A stretch of 64,000 bases of DNA from Centroscyllium fabricii (taxonomy: Eukaryota): contig JBNRSN020000011.1 in the NCBI GenBank assembly GCA_051313645.2, positions 126,480,001 through 126,544,000 of the forward strand. Reading direction: 5' to 3'. Below are positions 1 through 10,864 of this stretch, piece by piece (the first letter of the stretch is position 1; each line of letters opens with the position of its first letter). A program made the translations under genes and the position numbers. The notes under the pieces were generated by a model. The model was not told where the DNA came from and searched no databases. It worked only from the letters and a program-made list of their open reading frames with translations.

Positions 1-9
1 TGGCTTGCT

Positions 10-115
10 GAAAATGTTGCAAATACTCAGCCGGTCAGGCAACATCCGTCAAGAGAGAAACCGAGTTCACGGCTCGGGTCAAGATGCTGCCAGAACTGCT
101 GAGTATTTCCAGATT
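10..115. mobile_element. Degenerate palindromic Penelope-like pseudo-LTR fragment
   Basis: GAAAATGTTGCAAATACTCAGC...GCTGAGTATTTCCAG inverted arms; similar to copies at 4870-4965, 11455-11585 and 42877-43061. Confidence 0.55.
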
Positions 116-699
116 TACAGCATTTGTTCAAAGAGGGAAGAGGCAGACGTATCAGTTTGCAGTACCAGTGACCACAACCGCAATTCCCCTTTCAACATTA
201 ACAACACACCTTACCTTCCCTCAGTTACTGACCATCACAGCGTCCTCTTGGCCACGATGCTGAAATAAAAGCCACCACAAAGCAAACTTTCCAGTCCATC
301 TTTATACATCTATCCATTCAATATGCTATCAAGAGATCAACTCGTCAATCTTATGCATTCTCTTTGTGACTGTCTTATGTGTGCATTTGCCTATCCTGCT
401 GATGTCACGCAGTGCTACCCCAGTGGCTGCAGCATGGCTGGTGGAAGACTGCTGACTTTCAGTGGGGGGGACAGTGCAAATGGCCTTGCTGGTCGACCTT
501 GAGCTGGTGGCAAATCGAGTGATGGTGTTTCTTCTTCTTCTTCACTCTCCTCTCCCTCTTCTTGGCCAACCACTGGCTGGGCAGGATACATTTCTTGGGT
601 GTGTGAAATGAGGAATGCACAAGGGTGGAGTTGTGGTGAGGGGAGGGCGGGAAAGCAAGAAGTGCATGCCAGAAAGAGGATAGGGTGTGAGGATACCAG

Positions 700-1190
700 C
701 ATCTTGCATCCTTTCTGCCCCACCGCTGCGCAAGGGCTCAGCCCTGCCCTGCCAAGAATGGCCAGCGCCGCCTCCTCCAAGGTGGTGAGGTGAGGCTAGG
801 AATGAGAGATGTGCCTCGTGATTGGTGTAGATTATTAGTAGGTGTGTGTTTGGGGGCCGGGTGTCGTGCATTGAGAAGTGTGTGAGGCTAGTGGTGTAGT
901 TGGTAGGAGACGGCTTTTGAAGATGGATTCAGTGACGTTGACCAGTGGTCTGAGGTAATGAAGCTTTTTTGGGCACCGGAGCCAGATGGTGGGGGGCGAC
1001 ACTGTCGGACTCGGTGATGCGGTCGCACATTGTTCTTTCTGGAGGGCCTCCTGGCCCCTGTGGGCAGAGGACCTCTCTTGCAGTGTTGCCCCCCTGCACA
1101 AAGCTGGAGCACTGCGTGCGAGACCCTGGGTGCCCCTTCCCTGGCTTGTTGAGCCATTTGTGTTGGCGCTGAAGCACTTTTCCCATTTTT
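700..1190 (-). pseudogene. Decayed Harbinger-type Myb/SANT-like DNA-binding ORF (transposon remnant)
   Basis: Frameshifted minus-strand pieces MAQQAREGAPRVS / VQGGNTAREVLCPQG / ARRPSRK / PKKLHYL / EEAALAILGR resemble the Myb/SANT-like ORF of vertebrate Harbinger elements. Confidence 0.5.
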
Positions 1191-1404
1191 TGAGGTTTGG
1201 AAAGGAATTTAGCTTTAAGTGCTGAAGACTCCTAATGGAACTTCTTTTTAATGTTAATTTTATTGAAAGGCAGTAAGGGCTGAAAACTGTATTTTGTCCA
1301 CTTCATTTTTATTTTTATCTGTTCAGAAGGTATTGCCCTTTTAATTTCCCACAATGCCAAGCAAACTCTATTGCCTCGCTTCCAGAGGCTGTTTTTAAAA
1401 TGTT

Positions 1405-2546
1405 TTATTTATTATTTGTTTATGGGATGTGGGCGTCGCTGGCAATGCCAGCATTTATTGGCCATCCCTAGTTACCCTTGAGATGGTGGTGAGCCGCCGC
1501 CTTGAACCGCTGCAGTCCATGTGGAGAAGGTACTCCCACAGTGCTGTTAGGGAGGGAGTTCAAGGATTTTGACCCAGCGACGATGAAAGAATGGCGATAT
1601 ACTTCTAAGTCAGGATGGTGTGTGACTTGGAGGGGAACTTGAAGGAGGTAGTGTTCCCATGCGCCTGCTGCCCTTGTCCTTCTAGGTGGAAGAGGTTACA
1701 GGTTTGGGAGGTGCTGCTGAAGAAGCCTTGGCGAGTTGCTGCAGTGCATCTTGTAGATGGTACACGCTGCAGCCATGGTACGCCGGTGGTGGAGGGAGTG
1801 AATGTTTAAAGTGGTGGATGGGGTGGCAATCAAGCAGGCTGCTTTGTCCTGGATGGTGTTGAGCTTCTTGAGTGTTGTTGGAGCTGCACTCATCCAGGCA
1901 AGTGGAGAGTATTCCATCACACTCCTTATTTGTGCTTTGTAGATGGTGGAAAGGCTTTGGGGAGTCAGGAGGTGAGACACTCGCGACAGATTACCTAGCC
2001 ACAGATTACCTAGCCTCTGACCTGCTCTTGTTGCCACAGTATTTATGTGGCTGGTCCAGTTTGGTTTCTGGTTAATGGTGACCCCCAGGATGTTGATGGT
2101 GGGGGATTCGGCGATGGTAATGCCATTGAATGTCAAGGGGAGGTGGTTAGACTCTCGCTTGTTGGAGATAGTCATTACCTGGTACTTCTGTGGTGCGAAT
2201 GTTACCTGCCACTTATCAGCCCAAGCCTGAACGTCATCCAGGTCTTTTTGCATGCGGGCTTCATTATTTGTGGAGTTGTGAATGGCGCTGAACACTGTGC
2301 AGTCATCAGCAAACATCCCCATTTCTGACCTTATGTTGGAGGGAAGGTCATTCATGAAGCAGCTGAAGATGGTTGGGCCTAGGACACTGCCCCGAGGAAC
2401 TCCTGCAGTGATGTCCTGGGGCTGTGATGATTGACCTTCAACCAGCACAACCATCTTCCTTTGTGCTAGGTATGACTCCAGCTAGTGGAGAGTTTTCCCC
2501 CTGATTCCCATAGACTTTAATTTTACTAGGGTTCCTTGATGCCACA
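1405..2546 (-). mobile_element. Non-LTR retrotransposon (CR1/L2 group), 3' part of RT ORF plus 3' UTR
   Basis: ORF 1696-2454 has RT motifs GVPRGSVLGP and MFADD; it continues at 4248-4655 beyond the LTR insertion. Confidence 0.9.
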
Positions 2547-2790
2547 TGTGGTAAACCACTGTTGTATATATTTGCCTGTGTGTATACATGCCCGGGCATG
2601 CCTGAAGCTGACTCCGCCCCTAGCCTACCTGATAAAGGCCCGAGCTCTGGGAGCTTGGCCCAGTACAAGGAGTTGCCGGTCAGTCTAAGGATGTCCAGGG
2701 TTCTTAGTGAATAATAGCCTCAGTTGTATTCTCAACCTCACCTCGACTATAATTGATCGCGCATCAATTTTATTCACTAAGAGTTTTGAG

Positions 2791-3345
2791 ATGGACACCC
2801 TCCTAAAGCTATCCACCCAGGAACTCGACCCGAGCGCACCAGAGGCGCCGAGCAGCTTCTCCCACTGGCTAACCTGCTTTGAGGGATTCCTGGCGACCTC
2901 CGCCAGCACTGTCCAGACGGATGCCCAGAAACTCTTGCTTCTGCAGTCACGGCTCCATCACCGAGTGTTCCAACTCATCAAGGGAACAACCTCCTACACT
3001 TCGGCGATGGCCCTCCTCAAGGAGCAGTATGAGCGGCCGACTAGCACGGTTTACGCCAGGCACCTCCTGCTGACCCGCAAACAACGGCCCGGGGAGAGTT
3101 TCGCTGGCTTTGTGCGGGCCCCGACGGAGCTCAGCAGAGCCTGCAACTGCGAAACGGCCTCGGCAGATGAGCACAGGGAGCTGCTAGTCCGAGACGCCAT
3201 CGTCGCCGGCGTACAATCGGCCTACACCCGGAAGAGACTGCTGGAACTGGGGAAACTGTCCCTGAAGAAGGCCACAGACATCGGACTCGCACTCGAAGGG
3301 GCTGATCGGAGTATGGAGTCGTACGCGCACATGGCCACCCCATGG
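2791..3345 (+). pseudogene. Gag N-terminal region of the LTR element, joined to the extreme C-terminus of pol
   Basis: MDTLLKL...HWLTCFEGFL...RHLLLTRKQRPGES...RDAIVAGV is gag-like; just downstream another frame reads PRRSQRRTRPPERLMYT*, a typical Gypsy integrase tail. Confidence 0.8.
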
Positions 3346-3628
3346 AACCAGCACCGGAGCCACGACGATCACAGAGGCGTACCAGACCTCCTGAAAGACT
3401 CATGTACACTTGACTTTGTCTCACTTCACCCCGTTGGACTCATTTTTAAAGAAGGGGTGAATGTGGTAAACTACTGTTGTTTATATTTGCCTGTGTGTAT
3501 ACATGCCTGGGCATGTCTGAAGCTGACTCTGCCCCTAGCCTACCTGATTAAGGCCCGAGCTCTGGGAGCTTGGCCCAGTACAAGGAGTTGCTGGTCAGTC
3601 TAAGGATGTCCAGGGTTCTTAGTGAATA

Positions 3629-4188
3629 TACCACGAGGCAAGATGGTAGGTAACGCTGTCCGCTGCAGTTCTGGGTCTGTTCGCTCGGAGAGGACGGCAT
3701 GGTCGGCGAGGTGGTGTACCGGGGTCGGCGCGGCGGAGTTGTCGGAGCACCGGGGTGTCTGCGGTCGGAGTATCGGGGGCGCACTGAGGCCGGCATGGTC
3801 GGAGCGCCGAGGCCTTGAGGACTGAGTGTTTGGAGCCGGAGCCTGCGTGGTCGCTGAGGTCGGAGCGCCGGGCCCTGCGTGGTTGGAGCGTCGGGGCCTT
3901 GGTCGCCGAGGTCGGAGCGCCGGGCCCTGCGTGGTTGGAGCGCCGGGGCCTTGGTCGCCGAGGTCGGCGCGCCGGAGCATGCGTGGTCGTGGCGCCGGAG
4001 GTCGGCGAGTTCGTAGTGCCGGGGCCTGCATGGTTGGAGCACCGGGACCGTCATGAAATGGAACAGACTGGGACTTCAGTAGAGGACATTTTAACATCTG
4101 TGTTGTTCTTGGGGGTTTGGCAAGAACTACATTTCGTTGTATGGTGTTTGTTCGCTATACAATGACAAATAAATTGAATCTTGAATCT
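3629..4188 (+). mobile_element. GC-rich non-autonomous retroelement (SINE-like) inserted in the 3' LTR
   Basis: Splits the LTR at TGAATA (3623-3628 and 4189-4194); internal ~52-bp GC-rich tandem repeats; tail ACAATGACAAATAAA followed by (TTGAATC)n. Confidence 0.75.
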
Positions 4189-4247
4189 TGAATAAAAGCC
4201 TCAGTTGTATTCTCAACCTCGCCTCGAGTATAATTGATCGCGCATCA

Positions 4248-4655
4248 CCACACTCGGTCAAATGCTGCCTTGATGTCAAGGGCAGTCACTCTCTCCTCGC
4301 CTCTGGAATTCAGCTCCTTTGTCCATGTTTGGACCAAGGCTGTAATGAGGTCGGGAGCCGAGTGGTCTTGGCAGAACCCAAACTGGGCATCGGTGAGCAG
4401 GTTATTGGTGAGTAAGTGCCACTTGATGGAAGGTGTCATCGACAGTGCTATCACTTTGCTGATGATTGAGAGTAGAATGATGGGGCGGTAATCGGTCGGG
4501 TTGGATTTGTCCTGCTTTTTGTGGACAGGACATACCTGGGCAGTTTTCCACATTATCTGGTAGATGCCAGTGTTGTAGCTGTACTGGAACAGCTTGGCTA
4601 GAGGCACAGCTAGTTCTGGGGCACAAGTCTTCAGCATGATAGCCAGGATGTTGTT
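4248..4655 (-). mobile_element. Upstream part of the same LINE RT ORF
   Basis: ORF 4245-4637: LKTCAPELAVPLAKLF...YRPIILLS...QFGF...ALDIKAAFDRVW. Confidence 0.9.
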
Positions 4656-5461
4656 AGAAGCTGGAACACCGCTTCAGGACGGGAACGTCGATTCCCATTC
4701 CTGCTCTTAACACCACCAGGAGGGTGTTACATGGAAGTTAATGCTGGGCTCAATATCTTTAGCATCCAGCACAAATTTTTCTCCTGTAGCGCTTCATCCA
4801 TTTTCTGCAGCCATTAACCCAAGGCCGGTGACATCAGCAACTCTTGTGGCGGCCATGAATTTTTAGCCCGTTAATGTTTCTCTCTCCACAGATGCTGCCT
4901 GACCTACTGAGCATTTCCAGCATTTTCTGTTTTTATATCAGATTTCCAGCATCCGCAATATTTTGCATACGAATCTTTGGAAGTTGTGTTGGGGATTTGC
5001 ACTTTATTGGTTAGCCCTTAATTGGCGTATTGTATTCAGTTCTGGTTGCCACAACATGGAAACATATGCAAGTATTAGGAGAGGGAACAAAGAGCCACAA
5101 AATTGATTGTGGATGAGCTATAAAGGATTAGATAAGCTTAAGATTTACAGCCTAGAAAGAATGAGGTTGGAGAGATGTTTGAATGCTGTTTTAAGAATAA
5201 GCCAGACAGTGAGAACCAAATCATATAAATTTAAATTGATGAGAATAGTGTTAAAACTAATACAGGTTGAGCACCGGTAATCTGGCACCCGATGGCCCGG
5301 CACCTTCAGTGGTCTGGCACGAATGGAAACCGTCGGTCTTCAGTTTGCGGAGCAGCAGCTCGGCGGCACCACCACCGTTTCCCGCGAAGGGTGGGTGAGT
5401 GCTGAAGGCGTCGGGTTTTTGGGTTTCTGCTTTTTAGTGTTCTATCCCCGGGCTCCCTCCT

Positions 5462-5830
5462 GGGGAGTGTTCAACGCTCGCTCCGGGCCCCGGGGAGTGT
5501 TCTACCCGCGCGCTCCGGGCCCCGGGGAGTGTTCTACCCGTGCGCTCCAGGCCCTGGGGAGTGTTCTACCCGCGCGCTCCGGGCCCCGGGGAGTGTTCTA
5601 CCCGCGCGCTCCGGGCCCTGGGGAGTGTTCTACCCGCGCGCTCCGGGCCCCGGGGAGTGTTCTACCCGGGCCCCGGGGAGTGTTCTACCCGCGCGCTCCG
5701 GGGAGTGTTCTACCCGCGCGCTCCGGGCCCCGGGGAGTGTTCTACCCCCGGGGAGTGTTCTACCCGCGCGCTCCGGGCCCCGGGGAGTGTTCTACCCGCG
5801 TGCTCCGGGCCCCAGGGATTGTTCTACCTG
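5462..5830. repeat. 32-bp minisatellite inside TIR element copy 1
   Basis: Unit GGGGAGTGTTCTACCCGCGCGCTCCGGGCCCC, about a dozen full and partial copies. Confidence 0.95.
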
Positions 5831-6073
5831 TTAGGTTTATCTGCAAAAACGGAGGCAGAGGCGAAAGAGAAATACCGATTAACAACCACTGCCAACTAGA
5901 CCAGGTGACACAAGCCGCTTTATTTGACTCAGCAAGACGGTGCAGCTCGGATGAGGGTGAACCCCCCACCCCCATATCTCACTCCCCGTGCCTCCCAGCC
6001 ACCGCCTCTGGTGTTTGTTTGGAGCAATCGGTGGAATCCGGAGCTGAGCCAATTCAAAGAGTCGCGCCACTAC

Positions 6074-6157
6074 CTTGGTATCGTATAAAACCTTGGCCTT
6101 TGTCGGGTCTGGCTCGAAGCAGAGGACTCGTTCTCCTTCGCGAAATTTAAATTTCAT
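6074..6157 (-). pseudogene. MSL3: Captured MSL3 exon-1 coding fragment (start of chromo-barrel domain)
   Basis: [28 protein letters not shown] matches recalled vertebrate MSL3 ([28 protein letters not shown]); similarity stops at the donor-like AAG|GTAGTG. Confidence 0.88.
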
Positions 6158-6616
6158 TCACCGAGTGTTAATTTGGTCATGATGGAGTTGGAGGATGAGG
6201 AGGGGGGGTGGGTGAGGGTGAGAAGGGAGAGCGTTAATCTTCAGTGGTTCGGAATTTTCAATGGACCGGCACTGGCCTGGTCCCGAGGGTGCCGGATTAC
6301 CGGTGCTCAACCTATATAAGGAAAACTTGGTGGCACTTACTCAAAGTGACAAATGTTTGGAAAAATCTATGAGCCATCGTAATAGAGGAAGCCACTGGAA
6401 GTTCAGAAAGAGGCTGGATGCTGTGGTAGAATAAAAACTGACCTTCAATAGGCTGAATGGCTTTTTCTTACTGACGACTTTTGCATCCTCCAGTGGTGAC
6501 ACAAAGTGTTAATGTTTGTACGAGCCAGTGGCTGGTTTCCCTTGCTAGGGGGATGCCTACTTGGAGAGAGTCTGGAAATAGGATGGTGTACTGAGCAGTT
6601 TCACATCGTCAATTAT

Positions 6617-7046
6617 GGCCCAGAAATTCCGATCGCCCCGGGTGAGTACGCGCTGGGTACTCACCCGTAGGCCCATCCGATGTGCCGGTTTCGTACATGC
6701 ACAGCACATGTGCGCGAAACTGGCACTTCCGATCCCCTGACAGAAGGGGTCAGGGGTCGTAACGCGTGCGCGGCAGCGCGTGCACAATGCACTTGTGATT
6801 TTTTTACAGGTTCTGTCTCTGGGTAAGTTTGGAGAAAGATACGGTTCCTATTTTCATGCGCAAAGTCCCCTTTTCAGAAGGTAAGTGGTGAATTTATTCA
6901 ATTAAAAAAAAAAATCCACGGGTTTTTTATTTTTAAATGCTTTAAAGAAAGGTAAGTTTATATTTAGCCCCGTAAAAACCTTTAATTATTTTTTAATAAA
7001 TTTTTGCTTGCACTCGTGGGAAGCCTCCAACCCGAATTTCTGTGCC
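6617..7046 (+). mobile_element. Harbinger-group-like MITE, deleted relative of 38440-39986
   Basis: TIRs GGCCCAGAAATTC / GAATTTCTGTGCC; body matches the reverse complement of ~39600-39986. Confidence 0.8.
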
Positions 7047-8707
7047 AATATCTTTATTTTAAACCTAACAATCATGAAAAAAATGATGAAAAATCCCAGA
7101 ACATGATGGTAAACAACAAGCATAATCGCTTTGACACATACGCAACAACTACCCATGTGGCCATATTCCACCATTGGAACATGTGCACATGCAGCAGTCG
7201 TCTGATGGTTTCCTCCTGTTCAGCTGATTTGAACAGAAACGTCTTGAATGAAAGAAAATTCAAACATTGATTACAGTATCAAATCATAAAATGACGACCA
7301 TTTAAGCTGTGATCCGTTTCTTACATTTGTGTTAACTTTGAAAATGAATACTTATATTTTCCAATGATATTTTAATCAAAGTTTGAAAGAAAATGGACTG
7401 CATTGGGATGCAATACAGTGCCGTGTCATATATCTCAGTTTGAGTGGGAATCTGTTAGAATGTCTCCAGTGTTGTGCCCAAACATGAATAGTAGTTTCAC
7501 TTAAACACATTGGTAAGTGAGAACACAGTTTGATTCTGTTAAATGCTCACTGTCTGTTTCTCACCTCTTTCACTAAGAGCATCAGAAATTATGCCATCTT
7601 CTGCCAACTTGATGAAAGCATGGTGTCATGCAGCCTAGCAGACCTGTATTTAAGAAGCCTTGAAAATCATATTTGTACAGTTCCTTAAGCAATTGGGGGT
7701 GATAGAAATGTCCACTTTCTAATGGCACTCTGTAATGCCTTTGGGAGCATGTATAAGTGTAGCTTTCAATTCATAGAAGGGATTCATTTACACCAGCATT
7801 TTTTATTTGGTACAGCTAGACCATGAATGCACGTAGGGTGGAGCAAAGGGCCCTCTTACAAGGCCTGTGGACTTGGTATGTTCTGCAAACTTACAAAGTT
7901 TAACAAAAAACCACTCAACATATTTTGCATTGAGCCATTTTTCATTCCAATAGCAGAAAGGTTTCCCATGAAATATTGCAGTGTTTCTCCTGAGCTGTTG
8001 AGCTGCGATGGGCTTATTTAGCGAGGCAAGTGTTGTGTTAGATTAGGCGTAGCCTGGTTCTCCACACAATTACCTATGATGAAAATGCTTCTGGTCAGTC
8101 TCATTACAATTATGTAGGTAAAATAATACTGTCCTTTCCATGGACACTTTGTTATCGAACGGATAATCAGCCTGCAGAGAGGCAGCTTGTACAAAACCAT
8201 TTCTAATTGGTATTTTAGCTCCTCCTAGTGGTGGTGTCTATTGTTACTTTTTGAAGAGAAATCTAATCCATTTGAAAGGCTTTTAGCCTTTATCTGCGAT
8301 AGTGTAAAAAACTTAAATTTGAAATCATTTAAAATAGTTTGTAGTTACATTATTGCACATTTCTAACAAGAACTTTGGAACAGAAACTACAATCTCTATA
8401 AAAAAAAAGTTGTCTCAATATCGGTATACCTTTCAAAACCATTGCAAATAATGTTTCAAAGAGCTGCTGATAGACAGCGATTCTAGAGAGAGCTACAAAG
8501 ATTGTAATTTTTTTAAATCCTAGTTTTTCTCTCTCTTCCTCCTGAAGGTGTTGAATTGTTGCTGGGTGGGGTATGGTTCTGTGAGTTCCGGTGCATTTTA
8601 AAATCATCCTAAGTGACCATTCATGCATGAGCCTCGACACGGAATGGCAGTCAGCTTTTTGATTTTGGAAGCTTTGCAGCCAATCCTCTCCTCACTTGAC
8701 ATTCACA

Positions 8708-9080
8708 TGAGAGGGGACCTCATTGAAACTTTTAAAATTCTAACAGGCCTGGACAGACTAGATGCAGGAAGGCTGTTCCTGATGGCCGGGGAGTCCAGAA
8801 CCAGGGGTCACAGTCTAAGGATAAGAGGAAAGCCATTTGGGGCAGAGATGAGGAGGAATTTCTTCACTCAGAGAGTGGTGAACCTGGGGAATTCTCTACC
8901 ACAGAAGGCAGTCGAGGCCAATTCATTAAATATATTCAAGAAAGAGTTGGATATATTTCTTAAGGCTAAAGGGATCAAGGGTACTGAATTTGGATGATCA
9001 GCCATGATCTCGTTGAATGGCGGAGCAGGCTCGAGGGGCCAAATGGCCTACTCCTGCTCCTATCGTCTATGTTTCTATGA
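8708..9080 (+). mobile_element. 5'-truncated CR1 LINE 3' end with 9-bp TSD
   Basis: MRGDLIETFKIL...TRGHSLRIRG...FKKELD; ACATTCACA at 8699-8707 and 9081-9089. Confidence 0.92.
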
Positions 9081-9790
9081 ACATTCACAGCAGGGGTTGC
9101 TGGGTGGTAATCAGATGTGGTTGAAGGCCCTTCTGTTGCTTCCCAGCTCATAACAGCTAACTCAGCACAACTTGTAGATCAAACTTGGGACCTTCCTGGT
9201 CTGTGTGGCTCACCCATTTACTAAGCACCAATATAGAATAAATGTAACTACTAACCAATATAATTTGAATATTTTATTTTTTATTTGATCCAATAATAGA
9301 GAAGACATATTCGCTGTGTTCTTTATTTTGTTCTCCTTCAAAGATTTCAGTTTTTCTGTAATGAAGAATTTTAGACCTCCATAACTGCCCTCTAAGATTT
9401 TTTTCCCCAGCATACAGAGAATTAAACAAACCTGTGTTCTTTTTAATAGTCCTTAGTGCTACTTGTTATGAGGATAATCAAGTTTTTCTCGATTTTTGGA
9501 ATTGAATTTTACAAGTGGGTGGCAATAAAACTGTATATAGAAGCGAATTTTCTTAGGTGTGTATATTTTGCCTGTGTGGTTCATTATAGAAAGATCAGCC
9601 ATTTTATTAAAATGAGCATTTCCCCTTTAATGGTTGTTCAGTCTGCATCTCTGAAATTCTAGACATTTGCCAGAATTCTGTAAAATGTTAATTGATAAGA
9701 AGAAAGATTTTGAATTACCCATAACAATAATAATGCCAAATGCAAGAAGTCACACAACACCAGGTTATAGTCCAACAGTTTTATTTTCAA

Positions 9791-9828
9791 TCACAAGCTT
9801 TCGGAGCATCTGCCCCTTCATCAGGCGA
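9791..9828 (-). ncRNA. Minimal type I hammerhead ribozyme motif
   Basis: Minus strand TCGC-CTGATGA-AGGGGCAGATGCTCC-GAAA-GCTT-GTGA: intact core, stem I TCGC/GTGA, palindromic AAGCTT stem III. Confidence 0.72.
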
Positions 9829-9884
9829 AAGAGAAGCTGACTTAAAGAACGCACATATGTGCGTTCTTTAAGTCAGCTTCTCTT

Positions 9885-9922
9885 TCGCCTGACGAAGGGG
9901 CAGAAGCTCCGAAAGCTTGTGA
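9885..9922 (+). ncRNA. Minimal type I hammerhead ribozyme motif
   Basis: TCGC-CTGACGA-AGGGGCAGAAGCTCC-GAAA-GCTT-GTGA. Confidence 0.72.
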
Positions 9923-10103
9923 TTTAAAATAAAACTGTTGGACTATAACCTGGTGTTGTGTGACCTCTTACATTTGTCCACCCCAGTCCAACACCGGCAC
10001 CTCCACATCATGAATAATATTGCCAGTAATAGAAAAGTATACAATACAGACATAGCAGAGTTTTTAGACAATTTAGGGATCTATATGAAAGGTATCACAC
10101 TTT

Positions 10104-10864
10104 GGGGGGGATTTTGCCGGAAGTGCGGGGATTGGTCTGGGCGGCTTCCTGTCCCGCCCGCCCAAACACCTGGGAAGCCCACGCAACTTTAATTTAATTG
10201 AGTTGTTAAATCCACGCCCGCGGCAGCGGGTGGTAATTAACTCAATCGAGTCAGGCTGCAGCGGGGCTGCGAGGAGCTTGATTGACAGTTCCAGCACTGG
10301 TTGTTGACAGTTCCCATGGAAACACTCCACTGTGACATCACAGTCGAGTGGAACCAATGGGAAAGGTCAAGTGCTGGTGACTGACAGGTGGGCGGGCGGG
10401 CTCCAAATCCTTGACAGCTCGGCACCGGCTGTGAGCAAATGTGCAAAGCTGAGATTTCTCAGTTTCTGCTCACAGCTGGTGCAGCCACCACGGAGTAACT
10501 TACTCCTCTAAGGTGCTGGAGGCATGCCAAGCATTTGGCAGCATGTCCTTCACACCTTGAAGGAGAAAGTAATGACCAGAGCTGTGCTCCCAGCGGGGTT
10601 TAAGGTGGCGGGGTTAGGGTGGGAAATGGCTCAAAATGGCTGAGGGCCCTTAAAATGCATTAAACATGCCAATTAAGGGCCCTTAACGAGGTGACAACCC
10701 ATCCTTGCCGGCCGGCGGCGGGAAGGTTTCGGGGCGAGCAATCAGGGTGGGGGAAATTGATAAAGCGGCGGGATCCAGCGGGGGTCGCGACCCACTGGTT
10801 GCGCTATTTTGCCAGCCGAGCCGCCAAAAACCCCGCCTCACGGGGCCATGAAATTCCCCCCCCC
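10104..10864 (+). mobile_element. ~760-bp Harbinger-group-like MITE
   Basis: GGGGGGGATTTT...AAATTCCCCCC termini; closely similar inverted copy at 20209-20975. Confidence 0.8.

Larger units (their letters stand above)
2547..4247 (+). mobile_element. Internally deleted Gypsy-like LTR retrotransposon inserted in the LINE
   Basis: 5' LTR 2547-2766 (TGTGG...CATCA); 3' LTR 3462-4247, interrupted; PPT AAAGAAGGGGTGA before the 3' LTR; 5-bp TSD CCACA at 2542-2546 and 4248-4252. Confidence 0.92.
5263..6314 (-). mobile_element. TA-flanked non-autonomous TIR element (Tigger/pogo-like), copy 1, with host-gene cargo
   Basis: TA|CAGGTTGAGCACCGGTAATC ... GATTACCGGTGCTCAACCTA|TA; inserted in an old CR1 fragment. 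Confidence 0.9.
9737..9976. mobile_element. 240-bp near-perfect palindrome: inverted Penelope-like pseudo-LTR pair
   Basis: Symmetric about GCACAT|ATGTGC (9856/9857) with few mismatches and no spacer. Confidence 0.88.

Noticed and set aside
2707-3603. 298-aa ORF as a host or domesticated gene
   Set aside because: It starts and ends inside LTRs and is a truncated gag read-through
3548-4165. Several overlapping 100-170 aa ORFs
   Set aside because: Products of stop-poor GC-rich tandem repeats
5323-6150. 275-aa ORF and CRISPR-like periodicity
   Set aside because: The ORF comes from a 32-bp minisatellite; the repeats have no unique spacers and the DNA is vertebrate
5879-6157. Functional MSL3 gene
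   Set aside because: Only exon 1 is present, inside TIRs, with an in-frame TGA just upstream; I found no further MSL3 exons in the window
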